Assembly (NCBI GenBank): GCA_963767165.1
Contig: CAVYCV010000008.1
Span: forward strand, 118,182 to 182,181
Origin: an uncultured Chloroflexia bacterium
GTDB lineage: Bacteria > Chloroflexota > Limnocylindria > Limnocylindrales > CSP1-4
Direction of reading: 5' to 3'
Length of the DNA stretch: 64,000 bases
Below are positions 40,720-52,200 of this stretch, piece after piece (positions within the stretch are counted from its first letter, which is position 1; each line of letters starts with the position of its first letter). The notes under the pieces were generated by a model. That model had not been told where the DNA came from, did no database searches, and saw nothing but the letters and a program-made list of their open reading frames with translations. The position numbers were made by a program, and so were the translations under genes.

Positions 40720-41241
40720 TCATGAGCGTGCCCAGGCAGGACCCGCGTCGGCGGCCACCGCGAGGTCAGCGAAGATGACGCTGGACGCGCGCTCCCAGCG
40801 CGCTCGCTCGACACGGGCGCTGAAGCGATGGCTGCCTGCGTTGAAGCTGATCTCCGGGTCATCGCGTACCGCGTAGTCGGCGTACGTCTTCAGGCCGAAC
40901 AATGCACCGACGGCCGGGATCGCCCCGACTTCGCAGCCGGGAGCCAACGCGCTCAGCTCGGGCTCGCTCAGAAGTCGGACGTCGCTCGCGCCCAGGAGGT
41001 CGCGAACCTTGTGCAGGTCGAGCTGGTCCGTCGCGTCGAGGACGATAAGGGCATCGGATCCGTCGTCAGCGGCGACGACAACGACCTTCGCGAATGTCCA
41101 CGGATCGACCCCCTCGGCCGTGGCTGTCGCGCGAGCCGTGAAGGCGGGATCGTGGGGATGGATCTCGTACTCGATGTCCTGGTCGGCGAGCCAGTCGAGG
41201 AGGGGTTGGTAGGGTCGGTCGAGCGTCGTCTCCGAGTTCAT
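40720..41241 (-). CDS. YbaK/EbsC aminoacyl-tRNA deacylase family
   Basis: AFTA, AKVVVV, GCEVGAIP, FNAGSH; AGGAGG RBS. Confidence 0.85.
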   Translation of the reverse strand: MNSETTLDRPYQPLLDWLADQDIEYEIHPHDPAFTARATATAEGVDPWTFAKVVVVAADDGSDALIVLDATDQLDLHKVRDLLGASDVRLLSEPELSALAPGCEVGAIPAVGALFGLKTYADYAVRDDPEISFNAGSHRFSARVERARWERASSVIFADLAVAADAGPAWARS

Positions 41242-41518
41242 CGGTCGTGACCTCCTGCGCCGTGTCCGGTCGCTCGAGGATGACTTGGATCCTGGCGCGA
41301 TGGCATCGGCCATTGGGCGCGGTCGAGGGTGCCAACTGGCCCCAACCGAGGCCCCGCGGCAGCGACAAGGTTCTTCGGTCCGAGTGACTCGACGCCTTCG
41401 GGTCGTATGGCCCTCGTCGGCGGCGACCAGACGGCCGACATTTACCGTCCGGACGGCTCCATCTGACGCCGTGTTCACCGGGTGCCATCGATCCGCCCGC
41501 AAGCATGGAGGTGTCCCG

Positions 41519-41965
41519 ATGACACTCATCCGACGTCCGACACCACTCTCGGACCTCGTCTCGTTCCAGGACGTCATGGATCGACTCTTCGACGAGCAAT
41601 TCTTCAGGCCGATGTGGACCGCGGACCGGGAGCGACAGGTCGCCCCCGCACTCGACCTGTACACGACGCCTGAGGCGGTGATCGCCAAAGTGGCCCTGCC
41701 CGGCGTCAAGCCAGAAGACGTTGACGTCACCATCGGCGACGACGTCGTCACGATCAGCGGCACGTTCAAGGAGGAGAAGGAAACCACCGACGCTGGCTAC
41801 GTCCACAAGGAGCTCAGCCAGGGAACGTTCAGTCGGAGCTTCTCATTGCCGACCGCCATCAAGGCCGACGCAGCCAAGGCAGAGTTCAAGGATGGCCTGC
41901 TGACGCTGACCATCCCCAAGACCGAGGAAGTCAAGCCGACGCACGTCAAGGTCAAGGCTACATAA
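41519..41965 (+). CDS. Hsp20/alpha-crystallin small heat-shock protein
   Basis: LPGVKPEDVDV, GTFSRSFSLP, FKDGLLTLTIPK. Confidence 0.95.
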   Translation: MTLIRRPTPLSDLVSFQDVMDRLFDEQFFRPMWTADRERQVAPALDLYTTPEAVIAKVALPGVKPEDVDVTIGDDVVTISGTFKEEKETTDAGYVHKELSQGTFSRSFSLPTAIKADAAKAEFKDGLLTLTIPKTEEVKPTHVKVKAT

Positions 41966-42122
41966 GCCTCATCGACGTCGAACGATGTGACGACCACCAG
42001 GCGGAGGTCCTGCTCGGGGAGCGAGACCTCCGCCGCTCACGGGCAGGCTGACCCAACCCCACGGTGCCGGTCGGCGAGCGTGATCCCTGAAGGAGTCCGT
42101 CAGGCCCGGTTGGCGCGGCTCC

Positions 42123-42290
42123 TCATGCCACCGAGGCGAGTCGCATCGGGTTCAGGCGATCGAGCCACTGCCGAGTCGAGGATCGCCTGCTGGCTGCGTT
42201 CGCATGTCGGGCAAGACGCTCCCGCTGGGCCAGTCGATGCAGCTGTGCGATCCGGAGGCTGATGGACTCGATATCCGGCTGAGGGTGCAT
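42123..42290 (-). CDS. Small hypothetical protein (55 aa)
   Basis: GGAG RBS; MHPQ..LHRLAQRERLAR helix; lies downstream of a RGGG-N4-CCCY box. Confidence 0.45.
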   Translation of the reverse strand: MHPQPDIESISLRIAQLHRLAQRERLARHANAASRRSSTRQWLDRLNPMRLASVA

Positions 42291-42586
42291 CGGACGCTCC
42301 ATTTCGAACTTCACTCGCCGGGTGGCTGGCTTGCCAACCGTAGCCGTGAGCATCGGGTCGCCGGTGGCGCAGGCCATCGGCGGCCGACCCGCGGATCCGC
42401 CCTAGGGTTGTCCCCATCGACACGTGCGAACGGAGGGCCGTGACCCTGATCCGGCGCGCCGACTCGGCCCCGACGAGCCGGACGGCAGGTGACCGGTGCC
42501 GGAACAGACGCCACGACCCCCTCCCTTTGGTGCGGGAGGGGGTCGGGCGACCGACGACGACGACCGGCAGCGGCACTGGGCAAGGA

Positions 42587-43309
<723 letters not shown>

Positions 43310-43322
43310 GTCGTGATGCCTC

Positions 43323-44489
43323 CTATTCGTAGCGAAGCGCGGCGACCGGGTCGAGCCGGGCGGCGCTCCAGGCGGGGAAGAGTCCGGCGACGACGCCCAG
43401 AACGGTCGAGAAGGCGACCGCGAATGCGAGGTTCGCCGTGGAAAGCTCGAAGAGGATCGTTCCCGATGGCCGCATCGCCTCGTTGAGGAGCAGGACAATG
43501 AGCGCGCCCAGGCTCGCGCCGACCAGGCCGCCGATCGCACCGATGACGCCGGATTCGGTCATGAGCTCGCGGACGACGCGCCGCCGACTGGCACCGATCG
43601 CTCGGCGAATGCCGATCTCGCGGGTCCGCTCGGCGACCGACATCGCCATCGTGTTGATGATCGACATGCCACCGACGATCAGGCTGATCACGGCGATGCC
43701 GATGATGATCGCGTTGAAGGCACTGGCACTGGCGCCGTAGATCGCGTCGTAGCCGGCGCCGGTGAGGGCCGTCACATCAGAGATCCGGGCCTCGATCGCG
43801 GCCGCCACGACTTCGACGTCGGCGCCCGGCGTCGGGTAGACGACGAACTGGCTGACGATGTCCTGGGCGGCAACGCCGCCACGAACGACTGGCGGGAGGG
43901 TGTCATGCAGGAGCTGCTGAGCGACCGTGAACGGCACCACGAAGCTCCGGTCGGGGATCGTCCGTGTCGGCTCGAGAACACCGACGACCTCGAACGTTCG
44001 GTCGTGCAGGGTGACGGTGTCGCCGACCCGGACGTCGCGCTTCATCGCGACGTCGGAGCCGAGTACCACCACGTCGTGACCTTCGTCACTGGCCGTCAGG
44101 GCCCGCCCGGAGGCCAGGACCTGGCGGGCGATGGTCTCGCGACCCTCGTCGGCGCCGACCGGCGAGCCGAGAATCTGGTCTGGCGGGCCGAGCCGGATCG
44201 TCGCCTGGTCGCCCGCGAGCAGCGTCACCGTCGGTGCGACGACGTCGACGCCGTCGATCGCCCGCAGGGCATCCGCGAGGTCGACGCTCATCGGGGTGTC
44301 GCCGAGGGCGAGCGCGTCGCCGCTGACCGCGATCTTGTCCGCGTAGTAGCGGCTATCGCCGGCGACCATGGTGTTGATCTTGTTGGCCATCGAGCTGAAG
44401 AGGACGAGGGCCCAGATGCCGATCGTGATCCCGGCGATCGTGAGGCCCGTTCGAAGCCGACGGCGCGCGAGATTGCGCAGGAGCCGCAT
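43323..44489 (-). CDS. ABC transporter permease (MacB/FtsX type)
   Basis: SVAERTREIGIRRAIGA, AARLDPVAALRYE. Confidence 0.93.
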   Translation of the reverse strand: MRLLRNLARRRLRTGLTIAGITIGIWALVLFSSMANKINTMVAGDSRYYADKIAVSGDALALGDTPMSVDLADALRAIDGVDVVAPTVTLLAGDQATIRLGPPDQILGSPVGADEGRETIARQVLASGRALTASDEGHDVVVLGSDVAMKRDVRVGDTVTLHDRTFEVVGVLEPTRTIPDRSFVVPFTVAQQLLHDTLPPVVRGGVAAQDIVSQFVVYPTPGADVEVVAAAIEARISDVTALTGAGYDAIYGASASAFNAIIIGIAVISLIVGGMSIINTMAMSVAERTREIGIRRAIGASRRRVVRELMTESGVIGAIGGLVGASLGALIVLLLNEAMRPSGTILFELSTANLAFAVAFSTVLGVVAGLFPAWSAARLDPVAALRYE

Positions 44490-44671
44490 TGATCTGTCTC
44501 CTTCCATCCGATCCCATCGCGGGATGCCTGGAAGGAGACTGGTGGTTGCCTCCAGCCGCGCCATCGGAGGATTCCCCACATCGGAGGGAGGGTCAACCCT
44601 AGTGAGCCGATCCTGTCGCGAGTCGGGCCGAGCCGGACGGCCCGCCACGCCGTTGACGCGGATCCTGCCGG

Positions 44672-45331
44672 TCAGGCTGCGTCGAGGAAGGCGAGGACGG
44701 CCAGGACGCGCCGATGGTCCTCGGCCGCCGGCAGGAGCTCGAGCTTCGAGAAGATGCTGGCGATGTGGGCCTCGACGGTCTTGACGGTCACGAAGAGGCT
44801 GTCGCCGATCGCCTGATTCGAGCGACCTTCAGCCATCAGCGCGAGGACGTCGCGCTCCCGCTCGGTCAGCTCGCGGAGTGGATCGCGACCGGCCGGCCTC
44901 GCACCGACCAGCTGGCCGACGACCGCCGGATCGACGACGGTCCCGCCGCGGGCGACCCGGCGAACGGCGTCGGCGAGGTCCTGGAGGTCGACGACTCGGT
45001 CCTTCAGCAGGTAGCCGGTCCCCTGGGCGCCGTCGGTCAGGAGGCGCATGGCGAAGGCGGCCTCGGTGTGGTGCGAGAGGACGAGGATCCCGATCTCACT
45101 GCCATGTCGTTCCCGGATGGTCCCGACTGCGCGGAGCCCCTCGTCGGTGAACGTCGGCGGCATCCGGATGTCGACGATCGCGACATCGGGGGCCCCGCGG
45201 TCGATCAGCTGGAGCAGGCCGGCGACGTCGTCCGCCTGGCCTGCCACCTCGAAGCCCGCCTCCTCGAGCACCCGAGCGATGCCCTCCCTCACGAGCAGGG
45301 AGTCATCGGCGATCACCACCCGGAGGGTCAT
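44672..45331 (-). CDS. NarL/LuxR-family response regulator
   Basis: IADD, VDIRMPP, GYLLKD, LTERERDVLALMAEGRSN. Confidence 0.95.
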   Translation of the reverse strand: MTLRVVIADDSLLVREGIARVLEEAGFEVAGQADDVAGLLQLIDRGAPDVAIVDIRMPPTFTDEGLRAVGTIRERHGSEIGILVLSHHTEAAFAMRLLTDGAQGTGYLLKDRVVDLQDLADAVRRVARGGTVVDPAVVGQLVGARPAGRDPLRELTERERDVLALMAEGRSNQAIGDSLFVTVKTVEAHIASIFSKLELLPAAEDHRRVLAVLAFLDAA

Positions 45332-45552
45332 CGACGCCCCCCGTGTCGGCGTGGGGACGCGCGGTCGGATCGGCACGGGGTCTGGCTGGGCACGCGCGGC
45401 TCCTGTCGTCGATGGACCTCGCGATCCTGCCACGTCGAGGGGTCGCTGGCCATAGGGCCAACCCCAAGTCCGATCGCGGGAGTGCCCGGATGTCCCGCGG
45501 GCCGAACCCCTCGAGGATCTGGTCACCGAACCCAAACACGAGGAGCGTTCCC

Positions 45553-46080
45553 ATGCCCCAGTCGACCAACCGGACCACGGCCGTCGTCCTCGCCACGCTG
45601 TTGGTCGGGCTCGTCGCGTCCTGCGCCGGGACCACCCCGTCGCCAGCCGCCGGCCCGACCGGATCGAGTGGCTCCGGACCGTCGGCGACACCGACCACGG
45701 GCCCGTCTGGTGCCCCGGGCGTGATCCGTGTCGTGCTCGAGAGCGCCACGGACAACGTGGTCACCCTCGACGTCAGCGACGCCTCCGCGACCGTCGTCGA
45801 GGCGCGCAGCGGCGTCCCCGGCGACGGCGCCTCCGTCGAGCCGTACACGGTCCGGGTGACGAACGACGACCCGACCACGCTGCGTCTCACCTGGGTGGGC
45901 GGGCCGTGCGATGCCAGCGACTCCCTCGCGATCGATGCGACCGCGGGCCGGTTCCTCCTGGTGCAGCCGGAGTGCAGCGGCGATGCGGTGGCCTTCGACC
46001 GGATCCTCATCCTGCGGTTCTCGGCGCCGATCGACGCCGGCGACGTCGATGCCGTCATCCAGGACGGCACCGACACCTGA
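45553..46080 (+). CDS. Hypothetical lipoprotein
   Basis: AGGAG RBS, LVASC lipobox, WVGGPCD. Confidence 0.7.
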   Translation: MPQSTNRTTAVVLATLLVGLVASCAGTTPSPAAGPTGSSGSGPSATPTTGPSGAPGVIRVVLESATDNVVTLDVSDASATVVEARSGVPGDGASVEPYTVRVTNDDPTTLRLTWVGGPCDASDSLAIDATAGRFLLVQPECSGDAVAFDRILILRFSAPIDAGDVDAVIQDGTDT

Positions 46081-46083
46081 TGC

Positions 46084-47775
46084 TCAGGTCCCCGTGTCGG
46101 CTGGCGGTTGGAGCGGGATGCGGGCCCGAAGCCGAGTCCCCTGGCCGGGTCGACTGTCGACATCGAGGTCGCCGCCGATCGCGGCCAGCCGATCGTCAAG
46201 ACCCTGGAGGCCCGATCCTGCCCTCGGCGCCGCCCCGCCCGGCCCGTCGTCGTCCACCTCCACGAGCAGTTCATCGCCCGTGATCCCGGTCCGGACGGTC
46301 GCGGTGGCGCCGGCGGCGTGCTTGGCGACGTTGGCCAGCGCCTCGGAGACGAAGAAGTACACCGCTCCCTCGACCTCTGCCGGAAAGCGCCGCGGCGTGA
46401 TCGCATCAAGCTTCACGGTCACCGGCGCGTCGCGGGCGAGCGAGGCGAACGCACCGGCGAGGCCCGATTCGGTGAGGACCGCCGGGTGGATGCCCCGGGC
46501 CAGCTCACGGAGCTCGGTCAGTGCTTCCCGGGCCAGCTGGGCCGCCTCATCCAGGCTCGCCTGCGTCTCCTCGGCCGTCGACGTCTCGAGTTGACTGCGC
46601 GCACGACGCAGGGCGAGCGAGAGTGCGACGAGACGCTGCTGAGCACCATCGTGGAGGTTGCGTTCGAGCCGACGGCGCTCGGCATCGCCGGCCGTCACGA
46701 TGCGTGCGCGCGATGCACGGACGTCGGCCTCGGCCTTGTGCTGGTCCGTGAAGTCACGAACGATCGCGGTGACTTCGTCGGGCCCGCTGGGGGCCAGGCG
46801 CACCTCGAGCTCGCGCCGACCCTCGGGGTCGGCGACCTCGACATCGAGCGACTGGAGCCTGCCCTCATCGATGGCCCGCGCGGTGGCCGCCAGGATCGTA
46901 TCGCCCCTGGTCTCCAGCAGGATGTCGGGTAGCCGAGGACTCGACCCGCAAATCGGTCGCAGACCATCCCTCGTGGCCGCGGTCGATCCGGAGTCGACCA
47001 GGCGTCCGTCCCGTCCGATCCGAAACAGCGGGTCCGGGATCGCGTCGACCAGCGCCTTCAGGCGGCGCTCGCTCTGGCCGTAGAAGCCGATCAGCAGCGC
47101 GACCGGGATGGCGGCCGGTGCCAGGTTCAGGATCGCGACCAGCAGCTCTGCGGTCGTGTCGGGCACTTCCGCGATCCGCCGGACGAGGTTGATGAGCAAG
47201 GTTGCGATGAACACCCCCCCGGCGACCAGCACGGGCGCCAGGTCGCGACGCATCGCGCGCGGCGCGATCAGCCAGCGGCGGATGACCAGGGCACTCGCCA
47301 GAACGCCCAGGGTCAGGCCGCCGTAGAGCCCGTTGCTGCCCTCGTTGATCAGTAGCGGCGTCGGGAGCATGTTGAGCGCGCTGATGAGGGTGGTCCCGAC
47401 CAGCATGATCCCGATGCCGATCCGATCCACGGTCGTCTCAAGCTTCCCCCCCGGATACGCGAGCACGAGCGTCAGGAGGAACACCGTATACAGGTCATAG
47501 AGCGCGAGACCCAGATCCCCGACGTACGGGATCGGTGCCCCGGCAACGGCCGGGATGAACCAGGTCAGGCCCACCGCCGTCATCTTCGCGCCGGTCCGGT
47601 TGGCCGGCGCGTGATCCCAGATCGCCAGGCCACCGTACAGATACGTGAGCCCGATGGCCAGGTTGAGCAGCACGTCGCTCGGTCGTCCGCCGGCTTCGAG
47701 CGCGATCCGTTCCGCGGTCAGCGCACCGATCGTGCCGACCACGCCGATCGCGAGACGAAGCCTCCGGCCGCGCAT
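46084..47775 (-). CDS. HisKA_3 sensor histidine kinase (multi-TM, PAS-like)
   Basis: ERRRLERNLHDGAQQRL, EALANVAKHA, DDGPGG, GSGL. Confidence 0.92.
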   Translation of the reverse strand: MRGRRLRLAIGVVGTIGALTAERIALEAGGRPSDVLLNLAIGLTYLYGGLAIWDHAPANRTGAKMTAVGLTWFIPAVAGAPIPYVGDLGLALYDLYTVFLLTLVLAYPGGKLETTVDRIGIGIMLVGTTLISALNMLPTPLLINEGSNGLYGGLTLGVLASALVIRRWLIAPRAMRRDLAPVLVAGGVFIATLLINLVRRIAEVPDTTAELLVAILNLAPAAIPVALLIGFYGQSERRLKALVDAIPDPLFRIGRDGRLVDSGSTAATRDGLRPICGSSPRLPDILLETRGDTILAATARAIDEGRLQSLDVEVADPEGRRELEVRLAPSGPDEVTAIVRDFTDQHKAEADVRASRARIVTAGDAERRRLERNLHDGAQQRLVALSLALRRARSQLETSTAEETQASLDEAAQLAREALTELRELARGIHPAVLTESGLAGAFASLARDAPVTVKLDAITPRRFPAEVEGAVYFFVSEALANVAKHAAGATATVRTGITGDELLVEVDDDGPGGAAPRAGSGLQGLDDRLAAIGGDLDVDSRPGQGTRLRARIPLQPPADTGT

Positions 47776-47978
47776 CGCCCGAATCTGCCACACCCGGCAC
47801 CTGCCGTGGCGTCGAAACTGGACCGGGGATCGTCTCCGGGGCCGCGTTCCGCCGGGTATGAGGAACGAGATCTGCCATCGCCCTCTGCGCCGGCCGCGGG
47901 CGAGCACAGAACCCGGGTGGGTCGATTCTCGGGATAACCCTGTTGGGGCAACCGCTCCATGGTGAGAAGATCTCGGCC

Positions 47979-48326
47979 ATGACCACATTTCTGATCGTCG
48001 ACGACCATGCCTCCTTCCGGCAGCAGGCGCGCGCCCTGCTCGAGGCCGAAGGGCTCCAGGTGGTCGGTGAGGCCGCCGACGGCATCGCCGCCATCGATGC
48101 CGTACGGGAGTTTCGACCCGACGTCGTCCTCCTCGATGTCGGATTGCCTGACATCGACGGGTTCACGGTCGCGGGCCGGCTGGCCGAGGAGACCCCGCGA
48201 CCGCGCGTGATCCTGATCTCGAGCCGGGAGGGATGGACGTTCGGTTCGCGCCTGTCGACCAGCGGCGCGATCGGGTTCATCCAGAAGGACGACCTGTCCG
48301 CCGCCGCGCTCGAGGCACTGCTCTAG
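47979..48326 (+). CDS. Single-domain response regulator
   Basis: IVDDH, DVVLLDVGLPD, ISS, FIQK; no output domain. Confidence 0.88.
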   Translation: MTTFLIVDDHASFRQQARALLEAEGLQVVGEAADGIAAIDAVREFRPDVVLLDVGLPDIDGFTVAGRLAEETPRPRVILISSREGWTFGSRLSTSGAIGFIQKDDLSAAALEALL

Positions 48327-48462
48327 CCGGGTCGCCCTAGGGCAAACCCCAAGCCCGGTCTCGGGAGCACCCCGATGCCGCGACGACCGCTAGACGAGAA
48401 AGTGCTCCCCGAGGGGCCGCCTTTCCAGTCTGGGCAAGGAGCCCTCCGAGGGAGGACTGCGC

Positions 48463-49404
48463 GTGACTGCAGCGATCGTCATCGACAACCTCACCAAGCG
48501 ATATCGCGGCACGACCGCCGTCGATGACCTCTCGCTCGAGGTGCCCGCGGGGTCGATCGTCGGCTTCCTCGGGCCCAACGGCGCGGGCAAGACGACCACG
48601 CTCAAGATCCTGGCCGGGCTGGCCCGCGCCACCTCGGGCGCGGCCACGGTCAACGGCATTTCGGTCAGTGCCGAGGGGGCTCACCGGACCCAGGTCGGCT
48701 ATCTCGCCCAGGAGCCGCGCTTCTACGGCTGGATGTCCGGGCGTCAGACCCTGCGCTACGTGGCGAGTTTCTTCGAGGCGCCGCAGGCGACCCGCATCGA
48801 CTCGTGGCTCGAGCTCGTCGGCCTGACCGACGCAGCCGATCGTCCAACGAGCACTTACTCCGGCGGCATGCGACAGCGGCTGGGCATCGCTCAGGCCCTC
48901 GCCGGCGACCCCTCGGTCCTCCTGCTCGACGAGCCGGCGGCGGCGCTCGACCCCCTGGGGCGGCACGACGTCCTCGAGATCATGCAGCGCCTGCGGGGCG
49001 ACAAGACCATCTTCTACTCCACCCACATCCTCGACGACGTCCAGCGGGTCAGCGATCACGTCGCGATCGTCGACCATGGCCGGCTCGTCACGAGCGCGGC
49101 GACGAGTGACCTGATGCGGGCCTCGAGCGCGGGGACGCTTCGCGTGTCCCTCCTCGACGCCGACGAATCCACGGCCGCGGCCCTTGCGGCCCTGCCCGGC
49201 GTCGGCGACGTGTCCCTCCCCGAGCGCCGGGACGGCGAATGGTCCTACGAGCTCACGATCCTCGACGGCCAGGTCGCCGCCGTCCAGCGGGCCGTCACCC
49301 GGCTCGCGGGCGAGACCGGGCTGACCGTTACCACCAACCGCCAGGCGACGCTCGACCTCGAGGACGTCTTCCTGCGTATCGTCGAAAAGGAGCGTGCAGC
49401 ATGA
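48463..49404 (+). CDS. ABC-2 type transporter ATP-binding protein
   Basis: GPNGAGKTT, YSGGMRQR, LLDEP, STH. Confidence 0.95.
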   Translation: MTAAIVIDNLTKRYRGTTAVDDLSLEVPAGSIVGFLGPNGAGKTTTLKILAGLARATSGAATVNGISVSAEGAHRTQVGYLAQEPRFYGWMSGRQTLRYVASFFEAPQATRIDSWLELVGLTDAADRPTSTYSGGMRQRLGIAQALAGDPSVLLLDEPAAALDPLGRHDVLEIMQRLRGDKTIFYSTHILDDVQRVSDHVAIVDHGRLVTSAATSDLMRASSAGTLRVSLLDADESTAAALAALPGVGDVSLPERRDGEWSYELTILDGQVAAVQRAVTRLAGETGLTVTTNRQATLDLEDVFLRIVEKERAA

Positions 49405-50153
49405 CCGCGACCCGGCTTCTGGGTTTCCAGCCGTTCTTCCGCAAGGAACTCACCTCGTGGTGGCAGAGTCGCGCCGCCCTGATCACATTCGGGGCGGTCG
49501 GCGCCCTCGCGACCGTGGGCACCCTCGCCACCCGAATCGATCAGTGGCTCGGCGGCGTGCCGTCGCCCGACATGCTCGACCCGACCGCCAACATCCTCAA
49601 CGGGCGCTTGGAGCAGTGGGTCACCGTGGCCGCGATCCTCACAAGCATCGGGATCCTGACGCAGGAGCGGGCCACCGGCACGCTGGCCTGGACGCTCTCG
49701 AAGCCCGTGTCCCGGACCTCGGTCCTGCTCGCGAAGTGGGCCGCCGGCCTAGTGATGCTGTCGATCTTCTCGGTGATCCTGCCACTGGTGCTTGCGACCG
49801 TCGTCGCGACCCTGGCCTACGGGTCGGTCCCGGAGCTCGACGTCGTCGCCAGGTATGGCTTCGTGCTGATGGGTGTCCCGGCCCTCTTCGTCGCCCTCAA
49901 CCTGGCCCTTGCCACGCGGATCAACAGCCAGGCGGGGATCGCGGCGATCGCCCTCGCGGTCTTCGCGGCCCCGTACTTCCTCGGCGGTTTCCTGCCGCTC
50001 GTCTCGGAACTCTGGCCGACCTCGATCGGGGCGATGGCCGGGCTGGTCGCGACTGGATCCGCTCCGAATCTGCCGACCGTCGCCAGCTGGGCGATCTGCA
50101 TCCTCTCGGTCGGCCTGGCCGCGATCATCATCTTCGACCTGGAGGACATCTGA
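49401..50153 (+). CDS. ABC-2 type transporter permease
   Basis: ERATGTLAWTLSKPVSR..LLAK, six TM segments. Confidence 0.88.
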   Translation: MTATRLLGFQPFFRKELTSWWQSRAALITFGAVGALATVGTLATRIDQWLGGVPSPDMLDPTANILNGRLEQWVTVAAILTSIGILTQERATGTLAWTLSKPVSRTSVLLAKWAAGLVMLSIFSVILPLVLATVVATLAYGSVPELDVVARYGFVLMGVPALFVALNLALATRINSQAGIAAIALAVFAAPYFLGGFLPLVSELWPTSIGAMAGLVATGSAPNLPTVASWAICILSVGLAAIIIFDLEDI

Positions 50154-50155
50154 TC

Positions 50156-50824
50156 ATGACGACGCTTCGCAAGCCCACACCCGGCTTCCGGCCCGGCCCG
50201 ATCCTCGTCGGGACCTTCCTGCTCCTGTCCACGGTCCTTCTCGGCTGCGTGACCGGGGAGGGGCCGGTCACGAGCGAGACTCGCGAGATCCGGCCGTTCA
50301 GCGAACTCGAGGTGGGCGCTGGGATCCACGTCGTCATGACGATCGGTCCCGTCGAGCGTCTCGAGGTCAGCGCCCAGGCCAACGTCCTCGACGCCGTGGC
50401 CACCAACGTCTCGGGCCGCGTCCTCAAGATCGATGCCGAGAGGGACTTCACCTCGACCGATCCGGTGACCGTCATCGTGACCGGGCCCAGCCTCGACCGG
50501 ATCACGATCAGCGGCGGCGCCCAGACCGTCGTGACCGGGCTCGATGTCGATGCGCTCGAGCTCAGTGCCAAGGGCGGCTCGATCGCGACCCTCAGCGGGA
50601 TGGCGACCGCCGTCAAGCTGACCGCAGATGGCGGGGCGACGGCGAACCTCGCCGAACTCATTGCGCAGACCGTCGACGTCGGCATCGACGGCGGGGCCAC
50701 GGCCACGCTCACTGCGGGTGATGTCGTCACCGGCCGGGCCTCCGGCGGGGCACAGGTCTCGGTGGGCGGTCAAGCCGTCGTCACGGTGGACGCCGACGGC
50801 GACGCCCACGTGGTCCGCAGGTAG
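50156..50824 (+). CDS. DUF2807/GIN-domain lipoprotein
   Basis: LLGC lipobox, GEG.VTSETR, repeated SGG/DGG beta-helix units. Confidence 0.8.
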   Translation: MTTLRKPTPGFRPGPILVGTFLLLSTVLLGCVTGEGPVTSETREIRPFSELEVGAGIHVVMTIGPVERLEVSAQANVLDAVATNVSGRVLKIDAERDFTSTDPVTVIVTGPSLDRITISGGAQTVVTGLDVDALELSAKGGSIATLSGMATAVKLTADGGATANLAELIAQTVDVGIDGGATATLTAGDVVTGRASGGAQVSVGGQAVVTVDADGDAHVVRR

Positions 50825-50877
50825 GCTCCGGCACCCCAGACCGACGCCGACGCCGTGTCGGGATCTGGCAGCGGTCG

Positions 50878-51080
50878 GATACAAACGGGCACATGTATCG
50901 GCTATCTCGAGGGGTGCCCGCCCGAGATCGCCCCGCGACGGTACACTCTCGCTCCGGCCGACATAGCTCAGTGGTAGAGCAGCTGTTTCGTAAGTCTCTG
51001 GCGCTTTGCGCAGTGCCACAAGCGTGGAAGCCCGACACAAACGGGCACACTTATCAGCTATTCGTTTCGAGGGGTGCCCG
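50878..51080. repeat. Imperfect ~45-bp direct repeats flanking the first tRNA half
   Basis: ACAAACGGGCACA..TATCRGCTAT..TCGAGGGGTGCCCG at 50881-50920 and 51037-51080. Confidence 0.85.
50957..50993 (+). tRNA. 5' half of tRNA-Thr(CGT), truncated after the anticodon loop (att site)
   Basis: GCCGACA-TA-GCTC-AGTGGTA-GAGC-A-GCTGT-TTCGTAA followed by unrelated sequence; TACACT -10 at 50942. Confidence 0.85.
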
Positions 51081-51400
51081 GCCTAGGACCACCCTATGGG
51101 TCGTTTCCACCGCGAGCCGACTCCAGCACTCGAGATCGTCTCACCTTCGGCCGTCAGGTCCATCATCCCCGACGCGAATCGCTCCCGACGAGCCGCGACG
51201 CGAGGGCGGTCAAGAGCGCGACCCGCGCTTATGAGCATCCATCAAGCTCGTGCAGTTTGGGCCGCGTTGTTAGGCTGTGATGCGATGCTGAGGCGTCGCG
51301 ATACCGCCGTCGTTGGGTCGACCCAGTGGTGGTATGACATTGCAGTTGCTAGCCATCTGGACCACTACTGGCGATGCTGGGGAAACAGGAGGAGGGTGTC

Positions 51401-51792
51401 ATGGGCAGACTGGCGTTGATCGCCGTGACGCTGCTCCTGGCTGCCTGCAGACAACCGCCACCACGCCGCCGGCCACAGTTGAATCCGAGCTGATCGGCAG
51501 CTGGCTCGCGACAACCGGTGATCCGACGGGCGTGATCGCTGCCTTCAACGACGATGGCACATTCACATGGAGCAATGGCAGTCTCAAGGGCACATATTCA
51601 GTCGATGGTGCGACCTTGAGCCTGTCCTTTCCCGACGACAGCGGCTATTGTCCAGGGGGAACATTGAATTGGGATTTCGATCTCAGCGGCGATACCCTGA
51701 CGTCTGACATCGTTGGAGCCTCTTGTCCCGGCGAGGCGCCGTTCGAGGGGGGCCCTCCGTCGTCGCCGGACTGGGTGTTCGAGAGGCAGTAA
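51401..51792 (+). CDS. Small lipoprotein (lipocalin-like beta fold), frameshift near 51460
   Basis: GGAGG RBS, MGRLALIAVTLLLAAC lipobox, LIGSW...FNDDGTF...GTYSVDG in the next frame. Confidence 0.6.
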
Positions 51793-52200
51793 CGCGCACG
51801 CTCGGCGAGCAGCGCGACAGGATCACCGAACGAACGACGGCTGGCTACGTGGGCACCGCCGCCGCGAGGCTGAGCACCTGCGCGCCGAGTCCATCCGCGT
51901 CGCACGGCCTGGGGCTGGCGTTTCCGGAAGGAGCCATCGTAGGGCGCCCGACGGGACTCGACCACTCAGATGCGTGGTCACTGTCACAGCAGGCCCGACA
52001 GGATCAAACTGCGAGATGCAATACTCATTCGAACGCCGATTTCGGAGCGGCGAATGCTTCACGACAATCGGGAGTGCCCGAACATCGCGGCGGCCAGATC
52101 GCAGGCGGCCGGCCGGCCGGAGTGCCGATCAAGTAGTCAACAGGTAGGAGCCGGAGGTCGGTCCGGTTCCTCGACGACTCGGCGATCGGGACGAACCGCG

